Shown here: positions 13,564-27,908 of the stretch, one piece after another
How the letters are laid out: each line of letters starts with the position of its first letter
Numbering within the stretch: the stretch's first letter is position 1
DNA from: Eledone cirrhosa
Taxonomy: Eukaryota
Direction: 5' to 3'
Assembly: GCA_964016885.1 (NCBI GenBank)
Contig: OZ024742.1
Location: forward strand, 157,232,001 to 157,296,000
DNA: 64,000 nt
Notes under the pieces: generated by a model
Told to the model about the DNA's origin: nothing
Databases searched by the model: none
Seen by the model: only the letters and a program-made list of their open reading frames with translations
Program-made: the position numbers and the translations under genes

Positions 13564-13791
13564 AAGACATACACACAAACACACAACAGCTTTGTGGCAA
13601 GCAGAATTTTGACTAATATGTAGACACATAAAAAGATAACACACACACACACACTAGATAACACTACAAGCGGCTTTGCCCGGGAGGATCATTTAGAGGG
13701 AATTGGAGGGGGTGTTAACGCTGCACAGCCCCACTTTCTGCCATGGCGATTGGACTGCATGCCCTGCTTTCCAGGTAACTCTTCGCCACTG
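13396..13791. mobile_element. Non-autonomous DNA transposon (MITE) with imperfect TIRs of about 40 bp, in (TA)n
   Basis: Left end CAGCGGCGAAGGGT...GCATGCAGTGCA. Right end (reverse complement) CAGTGGCGAAGAGT...GCATGCAGTCCA. Flanks are atatatat / atatatgt. Confidence 0.65.
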
Positions 13792-14238
<447 letters not shown>

Positions 14239-14572
14239 CTATTTTCTAATTTCAAACCTGCTCACTGTTTCAAAACATACTTACTTGTCATATATATATA
14301 TATAAATAGTAATAATAATTCGTTCACCATACAGACGCATACATACATAGATACATACATACATGCATACAAAGACATACACACTTTATGAACATTTATG
14401 CAGTTTGATGAAGTAAAAACATAACGTCTATGAAAAAATATCCTTTATATATATATATAATACTCTACTATATAATATAATACTCTACTATATAATATAA
14501 TACTCTACTACCTCAAGTATTGAGTACTTTGGTGCGTTATGGTCCACCTGGTTCCTTACCACATTTCCTTCG

Positions 14573-14624
<52 letters not shown>

Positions 14625-14753
14625 ATATATGAATATAGACATAGAATATTCGAAAATATTCTGTATGTTTATAATAAACATTTTGAAGACCTAATCGCTA
14701 TAGAATAGAATACGTCACGTATTACAATTAGATTCTCGATAAAAGCAAGGGAA

Positions 14754-14796
14754 GTAATCTACGCGTTTCATTCTTATTAGAAATCTTCAGGACTAC
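14754..14796 (-). ncRNA. Type I hammerhead ribozyme (310-nt family)
   Basis: Reverse complement of the motif at 15138-15180. Confidence 0.8.
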
Positions 14797-15137
14797 ATAT
14801 CCAGTGCTTTTATCGAGAATGACACAGCTAGAGACTTATAGAATACTTAGCTGTGTACAGGAACTGGTTTGAAAGAGCGGTTGCCGGTCCGGCAGAAATT
14901 AGAAATTGGAATAAATGCTCTGAAATAGCGATATATATGTGAATATAGACATAGAATATTCGAAAATATTCTGTATTCTGTATGTCTATATTCACATATA
15001 TATCGCTATTTCAGAGCATTTATTCCAATTTCTAATTTCTGCCGGACCGGCAACCGCTCTTTCAAACCAGTTCCTGTACACAGCTAAGTATTCTATAAGT
15101 CTCTAGCTGTGTCATTCTCGATAAAAGCACTGGATAT

Positions 15138-15180
15138 GTAGTCCTGAAGATTTCTAATAAGAATGAAACGCGTAGATTAC
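15138..15180 (+). ncRNA. Type I hammerhead ribozyme (310-nt family)
   Basis: gtagtc-CTGAAGA-t ttct aata agaa t-GAAA-cgcgt-A-gattac. Palindromic stem III ACGCGT, GUA site. Stem I is extended by a 15-bp ttctcgataaaagca/tgcttttatcgagaa helix. Confidence 0.82.
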
Positions 15181-15447
15181 TTCCCTTGCTTTTATCGAGA
15201 ATCTAATTGTAATACGTGACGTATTCTATTCTATAGCGATTAGGTCTTCAAAATGTTTATTATAAACATACAGAATATTTTCGAATATTCTATGTCTATA
15301 TTCACATATATATCGCTATTTCAGAGCATTTATTCCAATTTCTAATTTCTGCCGGACCGGCAACCGCTCTTTCAAACCAGTTCCTGTACACAGCTAAGTA
15401 TTCTATAAGTCTCTAGCTGTGTCATTCTCGATAAAAGCACTGGATAT

Positions 15448-15490
15448 GTAGTCCTGAAGATTTCTAATAAGAATGAAACGCGTAGATTAC
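15448..15490 (+). ncRNA. Type I hammerhead ribozyme (310-nt family)
   Basis: Identical to 15138-15180, one period downstream. Confidence 0.82.
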
Positions 15491-15807
15491 TTCCCTTGCT
15501 TTTATCGAGAATCTAATTGTAATACGTGACGTATTCTATTCTATAGCGATTAGGTCTTCAAAATGTTTATTATAAACATACAGAATATTTTCGAATATTC
15601 TATGTCTATATTCACATATATATCGCTATTTCAGAGCATTTATTCCAATATATATATATATATTAAGTTGTTAAACAATATTCGATGATTATGACAAAAA
15701 ATGAGTTTTACTGTAGATTGGAAGCACTCACCGGGTTAAAAAAATTATTTTCAGGTGTTATTAATATTAAATTATAAGTATTAATAAAATAGATGTTCTT
15801 TTGATGA

Positions 15808-15870
15808 ATTACATTTTATCATACATATTTCGGATGTATAGCAGTACGTCCTCATCAGACAAAATATAAT
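15808..15870 (-). ncRNA. Degenerate type I hammerhead in the PLE pLTR
   Basis: attatattttgt-CTGATGA-ggacgta ctgcta tacatcc-GAAA-tatgtatg-ataaaatgtaat. The partner copy at 20035-20099 (+) has lost GAAA. Confidence 0.55.
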
Positions 15871-17776
15871 GATACATGGCAAACCCTGAGATGTTAAATG
15901 GTTATGATTTAATCACGGTAGTGATTACCCGATAGAAAACTTTACTTTTATAATATCTGTGTGAAAGTGCGAAAACGTAATGAATTCATTAGAGAATGTG
16001 TGAGTAAGAAAAAACGTTGCATACTGTAAGTGTTCTAAAATTTTAAAGTGTTTGATACAACCATATATCTAGGGAAACGTCTCTTGAATCATAACAGTCA
16101 GTGATAGCCACTGGAAAAAGATTTATAAGGAGGGAAAGATAAAGTGTGGGTTTTTTTTTCGAAAGTTAAACGGTTAGATTTGAAAATATTTAATTTATAA
16201 TATAAAGGTGAAGACTCCAAATTTCAGGATTATTTGCTAATTATTTATATACTATTTATATAAATTCGATAAGTGTGTTATCATTTCTAAACTTCTGAAT
16301 TTTATGATGGTAACATTTAAAGGATTTAGCTGGCACATAAAGAATGAAATATTATACTGTTGATTATTTACCTCAATTCAAACTTTTAAAAATATACCAA
16401 CATATTAGGTATGTAAAGCTTTTGAAGTACTTATTGTTATAAATATGTAAATAACTATTATGTATATAGGTATATATTAATATATTGATGAGCCAGTATG
16501 TTTAAGGTAAATAATAACGAAGATAACAATAAAATAAGATAATATATTGAAGGATGTTAAGGATAAATATATACCTATATATAACTGGGTGTAAATGCAC
16601 TAATTATTCTTCAACCAAGATATCAACTTAGATATATATTAGGTATTATTAGTGTAGTATACTTTAGGTAAATGATAACAGTTATAAGTTTATCAATGTG
16701 TCACATTTAAATACATGCATATATATATATATTTAAGAAAAACAACAATTGGAAAAAATGAAACGAAATTTCATTTCTCACTCTTAGTACGGCTGTTACT
16801 TAAATATAAATATGTATACGTACATACACATATGTATACAGACGTATGTATATATATACATACATGCACATATATATATTTATATATTAACGTCTGGATT
16901 TAACGAGCATTTATTATAATGCTCGGTTTGTTTGTAATCAAACATCCCGAATTAAGCCGTATAGTGTTTAGCAACCATCGTTGCCCTTTTGTTCAACACT
17001 GACAAAGAAACGATATACTAGTTTCAAGCTTATTAGCTATCGTCAGCACCGTATACCTTCCTGCCAGATGATTGAACGTATACATACTTATATAAAAACA
17101 ACAATGAGTGCATGGATAATACAGAGTTCAAAATAATGTCTATAATAATTTTTAGTTTGGATATTTTCTCTATATTTGAATCATATATATAGAAATGTGG
17201 TAGATATATTTAAAAATATATAAAATATAATATATAACTACATACATATTATAATACATTATATTATAAATAGATGAGAGATCGAAAGCGGGGAAAAAAA
17301 TTCACATTTATATATAAGTTTGAATCCGTCTCAAGTTTTAGATTTTATAGTGCAGTAAATATATTTATAAGAAATATATGCTATATTATACAATAAATAA
17401 TAGATCAAAAACTCATTAAAAATTTAGAGTTATAGATAAGTTTCATAAAAATTTATGGATTGGGTATTAAACTACAATTTAAGAGATCACAAATGTTTTA
17501 AACATTCACAGTTAAATAAATTCTGTAAATATGTAAGGATTAGGTATTATACTAAATTATAGGCATATATAGGACGATAGATGGAGAAATAAGGAGATAA
17601 AGAAATGATGGTATTGATCTAAGTTAACAAATAATGTTGTGTGTATCAATGTTTAGGCATGTTAATTGAAATATTGTCATTCATTCTAGCGTTTTTTCTT
17701 CTATAGATATTTATAAAATAAAGCTATAGTAAATAGCTATAGTAAATAGTATAAGTAAAAAGCTATAGTAAATAGT

Positions 17777-18600
17777 ATGCAAAAACCTATTAATGAAATA
17801 TCAGCTAATAAAGATATATTTGATAAAAATGCGGAATATTACAACAACGCTTTAAAAAGAGCAGGATACATGAATAATATAGAATATGTAGATAATAACA
17901 ATCCAATTATTATTCCTCATAATAATAATAAAAATTATAACAAATATAAGAGTAACTCTAATAACTACAACTCAAACACACATACGCTAAATAAATCGAG
18001 AATACGAACTAGATCTAAACCAGTCATATGGTTTGCACCCCCTGCTTCGGTCGCAGTTAAAACACCAATTGCAAAACTATTCTTTAAATCTTGACACCTC
18101 TTTCCCTACTCAACATAAATACCATTCCATTTTTAATAGGCATACCATTAAATTCGCAAATTCTACAACCAGTAGCATGGCCCAAAACATCGCCAAATTA
18201 AACGCCAAAATTCTAAAACGAAACCAACATAATGATCATAATAATAGAAATAACATTAATGATACTAAACCAAAATGTAATTGTAGAAATAAAAGTTTAG
18301 ATAATAATTGTTTAGATAGTAATTTGGTTTATAAATGCACGGTAAAAACTGACAATAAAACATACAATTACGATCAACCTCGTCCACATTCAAACTTCGT
18401 TTCGCGAACCATAAATGCTAAGTCTCGAACTCTAAGAAGAAATCATCCACGTCTTTATCACAGCTCATATGGCCTTTAAAAGAGAAGGATCTGGAATACT
18501 CCATTCTCTGGACCAAACTTCGTAACTGTGGAATTCACCGCAACTCTAGTATGTCAAATAACTGCCCGCTCTGTACAATGGAGACCCTGTTAACTTTGAT
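17777..18600 (+). pseudogene. Penelope RT thumb/linker + GIY-YIG endonuclease fragment
   Basis: IFDKNAEYYNNALKRAGY, VIWFAPP, HKYHSIFNRHTIK, CNCRNK..CLDSNLVYKCTV, and downstream CPLCTME. Confidence 0.8.
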
Positions 18601-19142
18601 CAACACCATCATGTATCTATAATTTAATACAATACCTAATCCTTACATATATATTGAATTTATGTAACTGTGAATTTTTAATACATTTGTGATCTCTTTT
18701 GGATTTTGGTTTTGGTGCCCAATCTAAACATTTTTACGAAACTTATCTATAACTCCAAATTTTTAATGACTTTTTGATCTATTATGTATAGTATCATATA
18801 GCATATATTTCTTTTAAATATACTTACTGCATTATAAAATCTAAATTTGAGACGGATTCAAACTTATATATAAATATGAATTTTTCGCTGTACTTTCGAT
18901 CTCTTATTTATTTATTTATAATATAATTGTATTATAATATATATGTAGTTATATATTGTATTTTATATATTTTTAAATATTTTTAAATATACCTACCATA
19001 CTTCTATATACTTGATTCAAATATAGTGAAAATATTTTTGGATTGGGTATTGAAACTCAAATTTAAAGGAGATCACAAACTAAAAATTATTATAGACATT
19101 ATTTTGAACTTTATATTATACATGCACTCATTGTTTGTTTTT

Positions 19143-19191
<49 letters not shown>

Positions 19192-20131
19192 CAATGTAGC
19201 ACGTTGTTAAGTGTATAACTGTTATCATTTACCTAAAGTATACTACATTAATAATACCTATTATATATGTATATATATACATCCCTATATCTAATAATAT
19301 GTTGATATCTTGGTTGAAGAATAATTAGTACATTTACACCCAATTATACATATGTATAAATTTATCCGTAACATATTATTTTATTTTATTTTTATCGTCG
19401 TCGGTATTATTTACCTTAAACATACTGACTCATTAATATATACCTATATACATATTAGTTATTCAAATAGTTATAACAATAAGTACTTCAAAAGCTTTTC
19501 ATACCTAATATGTTGGGATATTTGTTAAAGTTTTAGATTTAGGTAATTAATCAACAGTATAATATTTCATTCTTTATGTGCCAGCTAAATCCTTTATTCT
19601 CACAATTCAGAAGTTTAGAAATGATAACACACTTATCGTATTTATATAAATAATATATAAATAATTAGCAAATAAACCTGAAATCTGGATTCTTCACCTT
19701 AATATTATAAATTAAATATTTTCAAATGTAACCGTTTAACTTTAGACATCCCCCCTCATACTTTATCTTTTCCTCCTTATAAATCTTTTTCCAGTGGCTA
19801 TCACTGGCTGTTATGATTCATGAGACGTTTCCCTAGATATATATTAGTATCATACACTTTAACATTTTAGAACACTTACAGTATGCAACGTTTTTTCTTA
19901 TTCACACATTCTCTGATGAATTCATTACATTTTCGCACTTTCACACAGATATTATATAAGTAACATTTTCTATCGGGTAATCACTACCTTGATTAAATCT
20001 TAACCATTTAACATCTCAGGGTATGTCATGTATCATTATATTTTGTCTGATGAGGACGTACTTTTGTACATCCGTATTTATGTATAATGAAATGTAATTG
20101 ATCAAAAGAACATCTATTTTATTAATACTTA

Positions 20132-20271
<140 letters not shown>

Positions 20272-20342
20272 CGTAGGTCCCGGGTTGAGTCGGGGATAAC
20301 CACAGTAAGTAAGGTACTCAATACATGGCAGAGTAAAATGTT

Positions 20343-20376
<34 letters not shown>

Positions 20377-20411
20377 CTTACGTGCATGCCTGTGAATGTG
20401 TACGTATATGA

Positions 20412-20444
<33 letters not shown>

Positions 20445-20477
20445 ATATATATATGTATGTATATATATATATATGTA

Positions 20478-20560
<83 letters not shown>

Positions 20561-20779
20561 GTGTGTGTGTGCGTGTGTGTGAGGATGTATGTCTGTTTTT
20601 ACATTTACTGTTTGTAATGTAAGTTGTTGGGCAACAGTAGGTCGATAAATTAAGTTCATGATTATATTAACTAAGTAATATGATCCTTATCTCTGATTAA
20701 ATTCCTTCAAGGAACGCTATATAAAAATATTCTGAAATACATCTGGATATATAAAAAACTGATACCGGGGAAAACTTGT

Positions 20780-20985
20780 TAATGTGCAAATATATGTATC
20801 ATATCATCACCCACAATGTGTCATTGAAAATCGTAAACTACTCTGGGAAAACAGCGTTGACCACAACAGATCTAATATCGTAGTTGTGCACATAAAAGGG
20901 CATAAATACAAGACTATTGGTTTTGCCATACTAGGTGACCATAAAATAGGTTTGAAGGAAATACGAAAATAACATATTAATCTGC
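20780..20985 (+). mobile_element. Very decayed RLE (R4-like) endonuclease fragment
   Basis: HHPQCVIENRKLLWENSVDHNRSNIVVVH..GFAILGDHKIGLKEIRK resembles the H.P..V.EN..LLWD...NRPDIVV..D.A.PGD..KE.EK pattern. Confidence 0.5.
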
Positions 20986-22382
20986 TATGAAAATCGTAAT
21001 TACACGATTGCTGATTATATTAATTAACAAGGCATAATGACTACATATGCGAGAGACACTTTTGGCCGAATTCTTCTAAAGCTGGGAGGGTTTCTTAAAC
21101 AAATAGACCCCTAATCATAAATTGCTTTACTAAAAAGATTGCTTTGTTGACACTGGATATACACTCAGTAAATAAGGTCTAAATTCCTCCTGTTAACTAT
21201 TACTTGTGTACTTCATAGTAACAAGGCTATAATAGTGTTGCCGATAGACAACATAGAAACATTACTTTATATAAATTTGTGGATCATCAATGTGATATAG
21301 GGCAAATATAATCTATGTATGCTTCACTTAATTTATTTTTCTTCTACGTTTTCTGATATACTAGCAAGGTACTAATATTTCTGGGAATCATATAATCAGA
21401 TTCATAATGAAAATTACGCTGTGACCCAATGCAAACTTATGTCAACTATAGTTAGTTAATAGATACAAATAGGAGGGAGAGAAGGAGTGGAACGAAATAG
21501 TATGAGAGAGAGTGTGGGGGACACGGAGAGAAGTCTCTATCCCAAATTGATAGATAATTATATATAACGGTTAATATATATGATCATATTATTGAAGATG
21601 ACCCTTAAATTCTATAAATATGTTATTATTTAATATAAGATACATTCTAAACTAAAACGAATGCCAAACAAAATAAAATTACTTTGGATGATTGAAACTA
21701 ATAATAAAGGCTGCATATATCTTGAAAACAATAGCAATTTATCGGTTTCTAAGAAAAAAAGACGTCTTCTTTTGTTTGTTTTCATTTTGTATGAAATCTA
21801 TGCGATATTGTTCATGGTATGACAAACATAACAGAAATATCCACTATAAACATATTATAAAGAAATTAGAAAAAGGACATTAATATGCTGGTAGAAAGAA
21901 AAGTATATGGCAATTAAATATAATAAACAAATGAGAAACAATCACATGCTTTCGATATTAAAGAAACACTTGTCACAGACGCCATCTTAGAAACAGCATT
22001 AGGCGCCTATTATACAATGTAACTATACATTTTTCAGTCACTCCCTTACTCTCTCCCTGCTTGCTTCGGCCTATATATTAACTTATCTGCATATACAAAT
22101 CTGTATTTATTTGTAAATATGCATGTAAGTATGTGTGCATGTATCTACGTATGTATATTCTTCTGGTTTTATAATTTCACAAAGTTTTACCAATAGAGAG
22201 AGAGTCGGTTTCTAACATAGACACAAGACTCTCTCATTGGAATTTACACAACAACAACTAGGTAGCTATGTATGTATGCATGCATGTGTAGATAGGGATG
22301 TTATTGTATGTGTGGATGTGTATGTTTTGAGTTGTATGTGTGTATGTGTATATGCTTTGTATCTGTACATGTGTATATGCAG

Positions 22383-23670
22383 TTATTAGATGCAACATTT
22401 TTGGAATGTTTTGCATATTTTTACTGTTCCATTAATGGATTGTACTTGTAGTTTCCTAACTAGTTGTGTTCTTTCTGTTCCTGTGAAGCCTAGCTTCTCA
22501 AGATTTGTATTGAGGCAGTTACTAACATATGCCAGTGCCCCAATAATCACAGGCATAAGTCTGAAGGTGTAATCAGAGTGGAGTATCTGCAGATTTCTCA
22601 TCAGTTCTGCATAAATATTCTCCTTTTCACTAATCTTTGATATTATATTGGCATCTGCTGGGCAGCTAATTTCCACTACTGTGCATGTTTTCTTCTCCCT
22701 GTCTCATATCATAATATCTGGTCTGTTATGCCTGCATTTTCTTGGGGTTTTTACTGGAACATTCGACCAGTACTCTTTCATATTATGTACATGGATGTCT
22801 TCCACATTGTTGTAGCTTTTAATGTGTTTATTATCGGGGCTATCTTGTTTACGAACTGCATTGTACAGTGTTTTGGCCACTACATCATGCCTCATAGGTA
22901 GATAGTAGCGCGATGACATATTTGGACAGCTGCTGATGACATGGGTGATATCCTCGATGTTAGTTCTACAGAGTATGCACTTGTTATCACATCTATGTGT
23001 TTTGCCTGCATCCCTATCTCTTTTGTGAATCAGGTATTTCGTGCTAATCTCCTGTTTTGGGATTGCAAAAGCGTTTCCTTCAAAGTGGGAGCCAATATAG
23101 CGGTTGTTGGTCCAAGATAGACTACTTTCCTCATCTATATTACTCTCATTCTAGAGCTTCCTGGCAACATATCCATGCATGATTTTTTGCTGATAGGCAT
23201 GCAGTTTTCTATCCATGGATTCACTGCGATACTGCTGAGCGACATCTCTGGGTGTGAGTTTTTGATTATCACATAGTGAATATCTCTCAAGGAGTTCCTT
23301 CCCAACTCTCATGATCTTATCTGTTTCATGCAGATAGACTTGCTCGAGAAGCGGGCTCCTACGCTTCGAGGTTCGTAGATGTTGTCGGAGAGATATGATG
23401 CGACATTCAAATGTTGTCTGGACTGATGTTAGGCCTCTGCCTCCCTGCTTACGTTTCAAGTAAAGGCGGTCTATGTCACTGTTGGTGTGGAAGTTTCCGG
23501 TGTTGTTCAGTATTTTTTGAGTTCCAACATCAACTGCTCGGATTTCGTCTATCGTCCAATTGAGTATTCCAAACGTTGGTGTTAGGACAGACACAACAAA
23601 CACATTGTGAGCCACTGTTCTGTTTTGCGCAGAGATTTCTGATGACCAGATCTTTCTTAATCGGGTGTAT
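22383..23670 (-). mobile_element. R4/Dong-like RLE non-LTR retrotransposon, 3' fragment (second family)
   Basis: IDRLYLKRKQGGRGL, MHGY, YLPMRHDVVAK, HNRPDIMI, EISCPAD..EKENIY, MPVIIGAL. Confidence 0.85.
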
Positions 23671-24932
23671 ATATGTATGTATATATGTATGAATGTATTT
23701 ATGAATGTAAATGTATGATATGAGCGTGGAGATGGAAATACTCGATTTGGTGCAGGAACGCTCAGTTAGCCCGCCCTTGAGTGAGACATCCCTAGTGTTT
23801 GTTAGGATATCATGCTTGGAGAAGCAAAACTCTCATTTAAAACCTGCGACTCGGTGGCAGCCAATGATTTTTACCTGTCCTTCTTTTTGCAATGATCTCA
23901 CCGTTTTTCAGAGTGTAGGATTGATGCGATGCAAGGTATTTTTGCATGTACAAATGCTTCAAGCAGAGGCATCACTCGTTCTAAACGGCTTTCACGTGTC
24001 CATGGCATTATCTGTTGTTGTTGTTGTCTTTTCCTTTCTCTTCATCATGTGAATCCAAGGAATCTAATTCTTGTTGGGTGGGTGTGGATGTCTATGTAAA
24101 TATGTACGTTCGCCCGTATGTTTATATATACGTGTTATATGTGTAGATAAATAGGCATGTCTGACGCACCTCATACATATGCTGAAGATATTGATCAAAT
24201 TCGCTTTAAAACCTTTGCAGTGATACAACGTTAATGCTCGTCAAAACCTCAGTCTAGGAAGGCATTCTGACTATTCTAACCTACGATGGGACTTCAGATA
24301 ACAAATGCCCTATTTGAAAAGTGAAATAAATTCTCCAAAACATTCTTTCAGTGTAATCAATTTCACACAGAACTTCTTAAATCCATAGGGGGTACACCTA
24401 CATTTCAAATATGGACAATTTCGTCGCAATGTTTCTGAGACAACTCATAACTCCTATAGTTCTCCCTCATGTATAGTTCGGTGGTATATGTAGTAGAGGC
24501 AGGAGCGATTAAACACATTCACATGTGACTATCATATAGACGTGTTGTCTATTGTAGCTCCATACTTAATTTGTGCTGAGGTTTTAGAATAGTGTCAGGA
24601 AAATGGTTGCATTCAGCAACGATTTGATCTCTGCCAAATACGTAGGCTTATATATATGACTACATTTGTAAATCTGGTTCGGTATTGAAATCGGGCATCA
24701 TAATAATGAAATTACGAATCATCATCTGCCAATAAAAAAAAGCTTTCAGAGAAAATATTCAGTGAAATATATTCCTTTGAAATATATATATATTGGAGAA
24801 AACAATGTGTGGTGGTTGATGTCTGATGAAAAGTGTGCCAATGATAATCATAATCAGGAGTAGATACTTAGATAGCTTTATCTATATACATCCATTACCT
24901 AATTAAACCCACGCCCCTTCACATACAAACAC

Positions 24933-24967
<35 letters not shown>

Positions 24968-25053
24968 GTAACTATAATAAATTTGAAAAGTAATAAATAT
25001 ATATATATATATATATATAGTAATAATAATAAATTTGAAGACTGATAAATATG

Positions 25054-25147
<94 letters not shown>

Positions 25148-26041
25148 GCCAAGTTGTCTCGGGTGTAACTAGAGTGAGAAAACACGCAATTCATTGGTAG
25201 AGTATAGGCATTTTGTATGTATATATATATATATATATGTACAATAATGGGTTTTCTGAATGTTGTATTATTAATTCTATTCTCTGATTGATTTATTTAT
25301 TGTAATCAATTTCACGCTGAATATCTTGAAACCAGTGAGGGTCCTCCTACATTTCAAATGTGGATAATGCCATCGCAGTGGTCTTAATAGGCCGCGTTTG
25401 TGTGATAATGAAATATCACATCTACGATAGAATTCTCACATCAGAATGTCGGTATCAGATGTAATATAGGCAGTAGCCATATACTGGTCCACAAGTGGAT
25501 ATGGCTCCCGTTTCCTGCGTGTCATCTATTGTGGCTACTTAAATCATGAAAACTGAGTTTTAAGAACTTTGTTCGGCCTAATATTAAAACTCCGCCAAAT
25601 ACATGCTGTCCGAATAATATGTATACACACTTTGATTTCGCGTACAGGCAATATTTATTATAATGTTTTTTGGGACAACCTGTATGTAGGCATTTATATA
25701 TGACTACACGTGTAAATCAGTTGAGGAATTCACGACGGTCACAATAATAGTGAGATTACATATTATCAGCTGCCAATAAAAAGTAAGTTTAATATTCAGT
25801 GAAATATATTTCTTTGAAACAAATCCGTTGGAGAAACAATGTGTGAAGTTTTATGTATGAGAATCATTCCCGCGAGTTAATATTTAAATTACTTTATCAC
25901 TATACAGCCATTATCTAATACACACTCATGCACGTGCAAAGAAACACAGATACACATGCACACGCACACAATCCCTCATACACATATATATATATATATA
26001 TATAGATTACAGTAATCAAAGTTCAGTTTAAGTCATTTATT

Positions 26042-26088
26042 TGCTTACAATTGTTTCCTCCAAACCGAGGTTTGGATTCTTCGGAGCA
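26042..26088 (-). ncRNA. Type I hammerhead ribozyme, CCGAAGA core variant
   Basis: tgct-CCGAAGA-a tccaaacc tc ggtttgga g-GAAA-caattgt-A-agca, followed by AATAAA and then (TA)n. Confidence 0.7.
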
Positions 26089-26118
26089 GTTATTTATAAC
26101 ATACTTGACCTCCTTTTC

Positions 26119-26154
<36 letters not shown>

Positions 26155-27760
26155 CCCTGTTGAAGAAGGTTTTGGACTTACTCCGCCGTCAATGATCTAG
26201 ATAGGGGGATCATTGAACATTGCAGGAAAACCTCTCCTCTTCAACAATGGAGTAGCGTGGTCAAAGAATTCAACTATTTCAGAACTATTCGACGTACGAA
26301 AGTGATCATTCGATAGTGCTGATACAGGCGAATTGGTTGGCTTATTTGTTTTAGATACGTTACGTACTAGATCTCTGGACTTCCTCACGGGCTTATACCC
26401 TGACAATAGTCTGACACGCGCGAACCATAAAAGTGTTCACGACCTGGACCGTTTTTTTTTTAAATTACTATTTTTAATGAGTAAGGACTTACGATAATAA
26501 TAGCTACCAACCTCACTGTCATAGATTATTTAGGCATAAATGTAGATCTTCACACACACACACACCTTTAGACACTTCCATAAACTAAATGAAAACTAAA
26601 TTACATACAAAAGTCCTCACGCCATCCTCTAATAACTTTTAGAAACTTCGTGAAAAATATCGGCACTAGAATCTCTACCCTCTCCTCTAATAAAGCAATA
26701 TTTGACGGAGCGGCTCCCTACTACAACACGGCGTTAGATAACAACAACTTGTCACAACCAATTGCTTACTCTCCTACTAAGGTCAACGAAAATAAGAAAA
26801 TAAATCGTGCTAATAGAAAATAATTTTGTTCCACGCCCCCTTCTCAATCAACGTAAAAACTAATATAGGCAAAATATGTTTAGCTCACGTAGATAGTCAC
26901 TTACTCATAGGTCACACATACCGTTCCATCTTTAACAGACACAGGGTGAAACTAGGATAATCATGTGCTAAGAATATGAAGGGCCACATCACCAACAGCC
27001 CTAAGAGCAATACCCCACAAGGAGGATCTTGCCAAAGGCTGGAAGCATGTCCCTTTCAACAACAATGTAACACACCCGCTGTAATTTACGATACTGTGGT
27101 TACCACTAATAGACCAAATCAACAACAAGAGGTTAAATCGTATGTAGGTATGGTGGAGTGCAGGTTTACGGAAAGCTTCCTGAATGATTTGTCGACCTTC
27201 AGATATCCGCACAAATGATTGTCCAGGAAGATCGCAAGCCACGTATGTTCCCTCAAGGACACAGGCATGGATTACTCCATCCAATGGTAGGTTATTACTG
27301 GATCTAAGCCATACGGAGGTGGGAATACGTATTGTAGGTTGTGCATTGAAGAAAGAATCAATATCATGAAAAGTTTAAGTAAAAGCGGTTGTCTAATTTC
27401 AAAGAATGCACTTTTTCGCGTTGTCCACACGTCTGGAAATATTTCTTACATAATTACAAAGCTTCACATTGACTAATGTGTATAATTTATAATTATTCCA
27501 AGCATCCACAGTTATGTCTCTACATAGATCTATCGTTGGTTTACCTCCCCTTTGTGAGGGGGCTGTTTCTGCACAAGCGTATTCGTACGGTTGTTTTTCC
27601 TTTTCCCAACAATCTTATCTAAACCGAGCTGATGATCCAACGAAGGTGAAACAATTGTTCTCGGTAATGGTAAACTAACTGTTGTAGAACTACTGATACC
27701 AAACTCGTCCCACGGAATGAGTGCTCTTCTACTACGGATATAACCCACCAGCGTTCTACC
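26155..27760 (+). mobile_element. Decayed Penelope-like element (RT C-half, GIY-YIG, 3' UTR with HHR)
   Basis: Translated remnants SFDSADTGELVGLFVL, IGTRISTLSSNKAIFDGAAPYYNTAL, HTYRSIFNRH, CQRLEACPFQQQCNTPAVIY..SYVG and CRLCIEERI. Confidence 0.8.
27623..27665 (+). ncRNA. Type I hammerhead ribozyme in the PLE 3' UTR
   Basis: accgag-CTGATGA-tccaacgaaggt-GAAA-caattgt-T-ctcggt. Perfect 6-bp stem I, palindromic ACAATTGT stem III. Confidence 0.85.
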
Positions 27761-27762
27761 AT

Positions 27763-27824
<62 letters not shown>

Positions 27825-27908
27825 GAAGGTGAGTTTTATTGTAGTACAATAAAGCAATGCAGATATCGGATAAGAAGCACTCTACAGTTTGTAGGACTGG
27901 AGTATACA

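Larger units (their letters stand above)
14630..15648. repeat. Fold-back tandem array of a 310-bp HHR-containing unit (candidate non-LTR retrozyme)
   Basis: Period 310 (gaatatagac at 14631/14941; tatgtctata at 14981/15291/15601). About 1.1 units in one orientation, then about 2.15 units inverted. (TA)n on both sides. Confidence 0.92.
15775..20131 (+). mobile_element. 5'-truncated Penelope-like element with an inverted pLTR/3' UTR copy
   Basis: About 15775-17565 is a diverged reverse complement of about 18612-20131. A PLE C-terminal fragment lies between the two arms. Confidence 0.8.
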
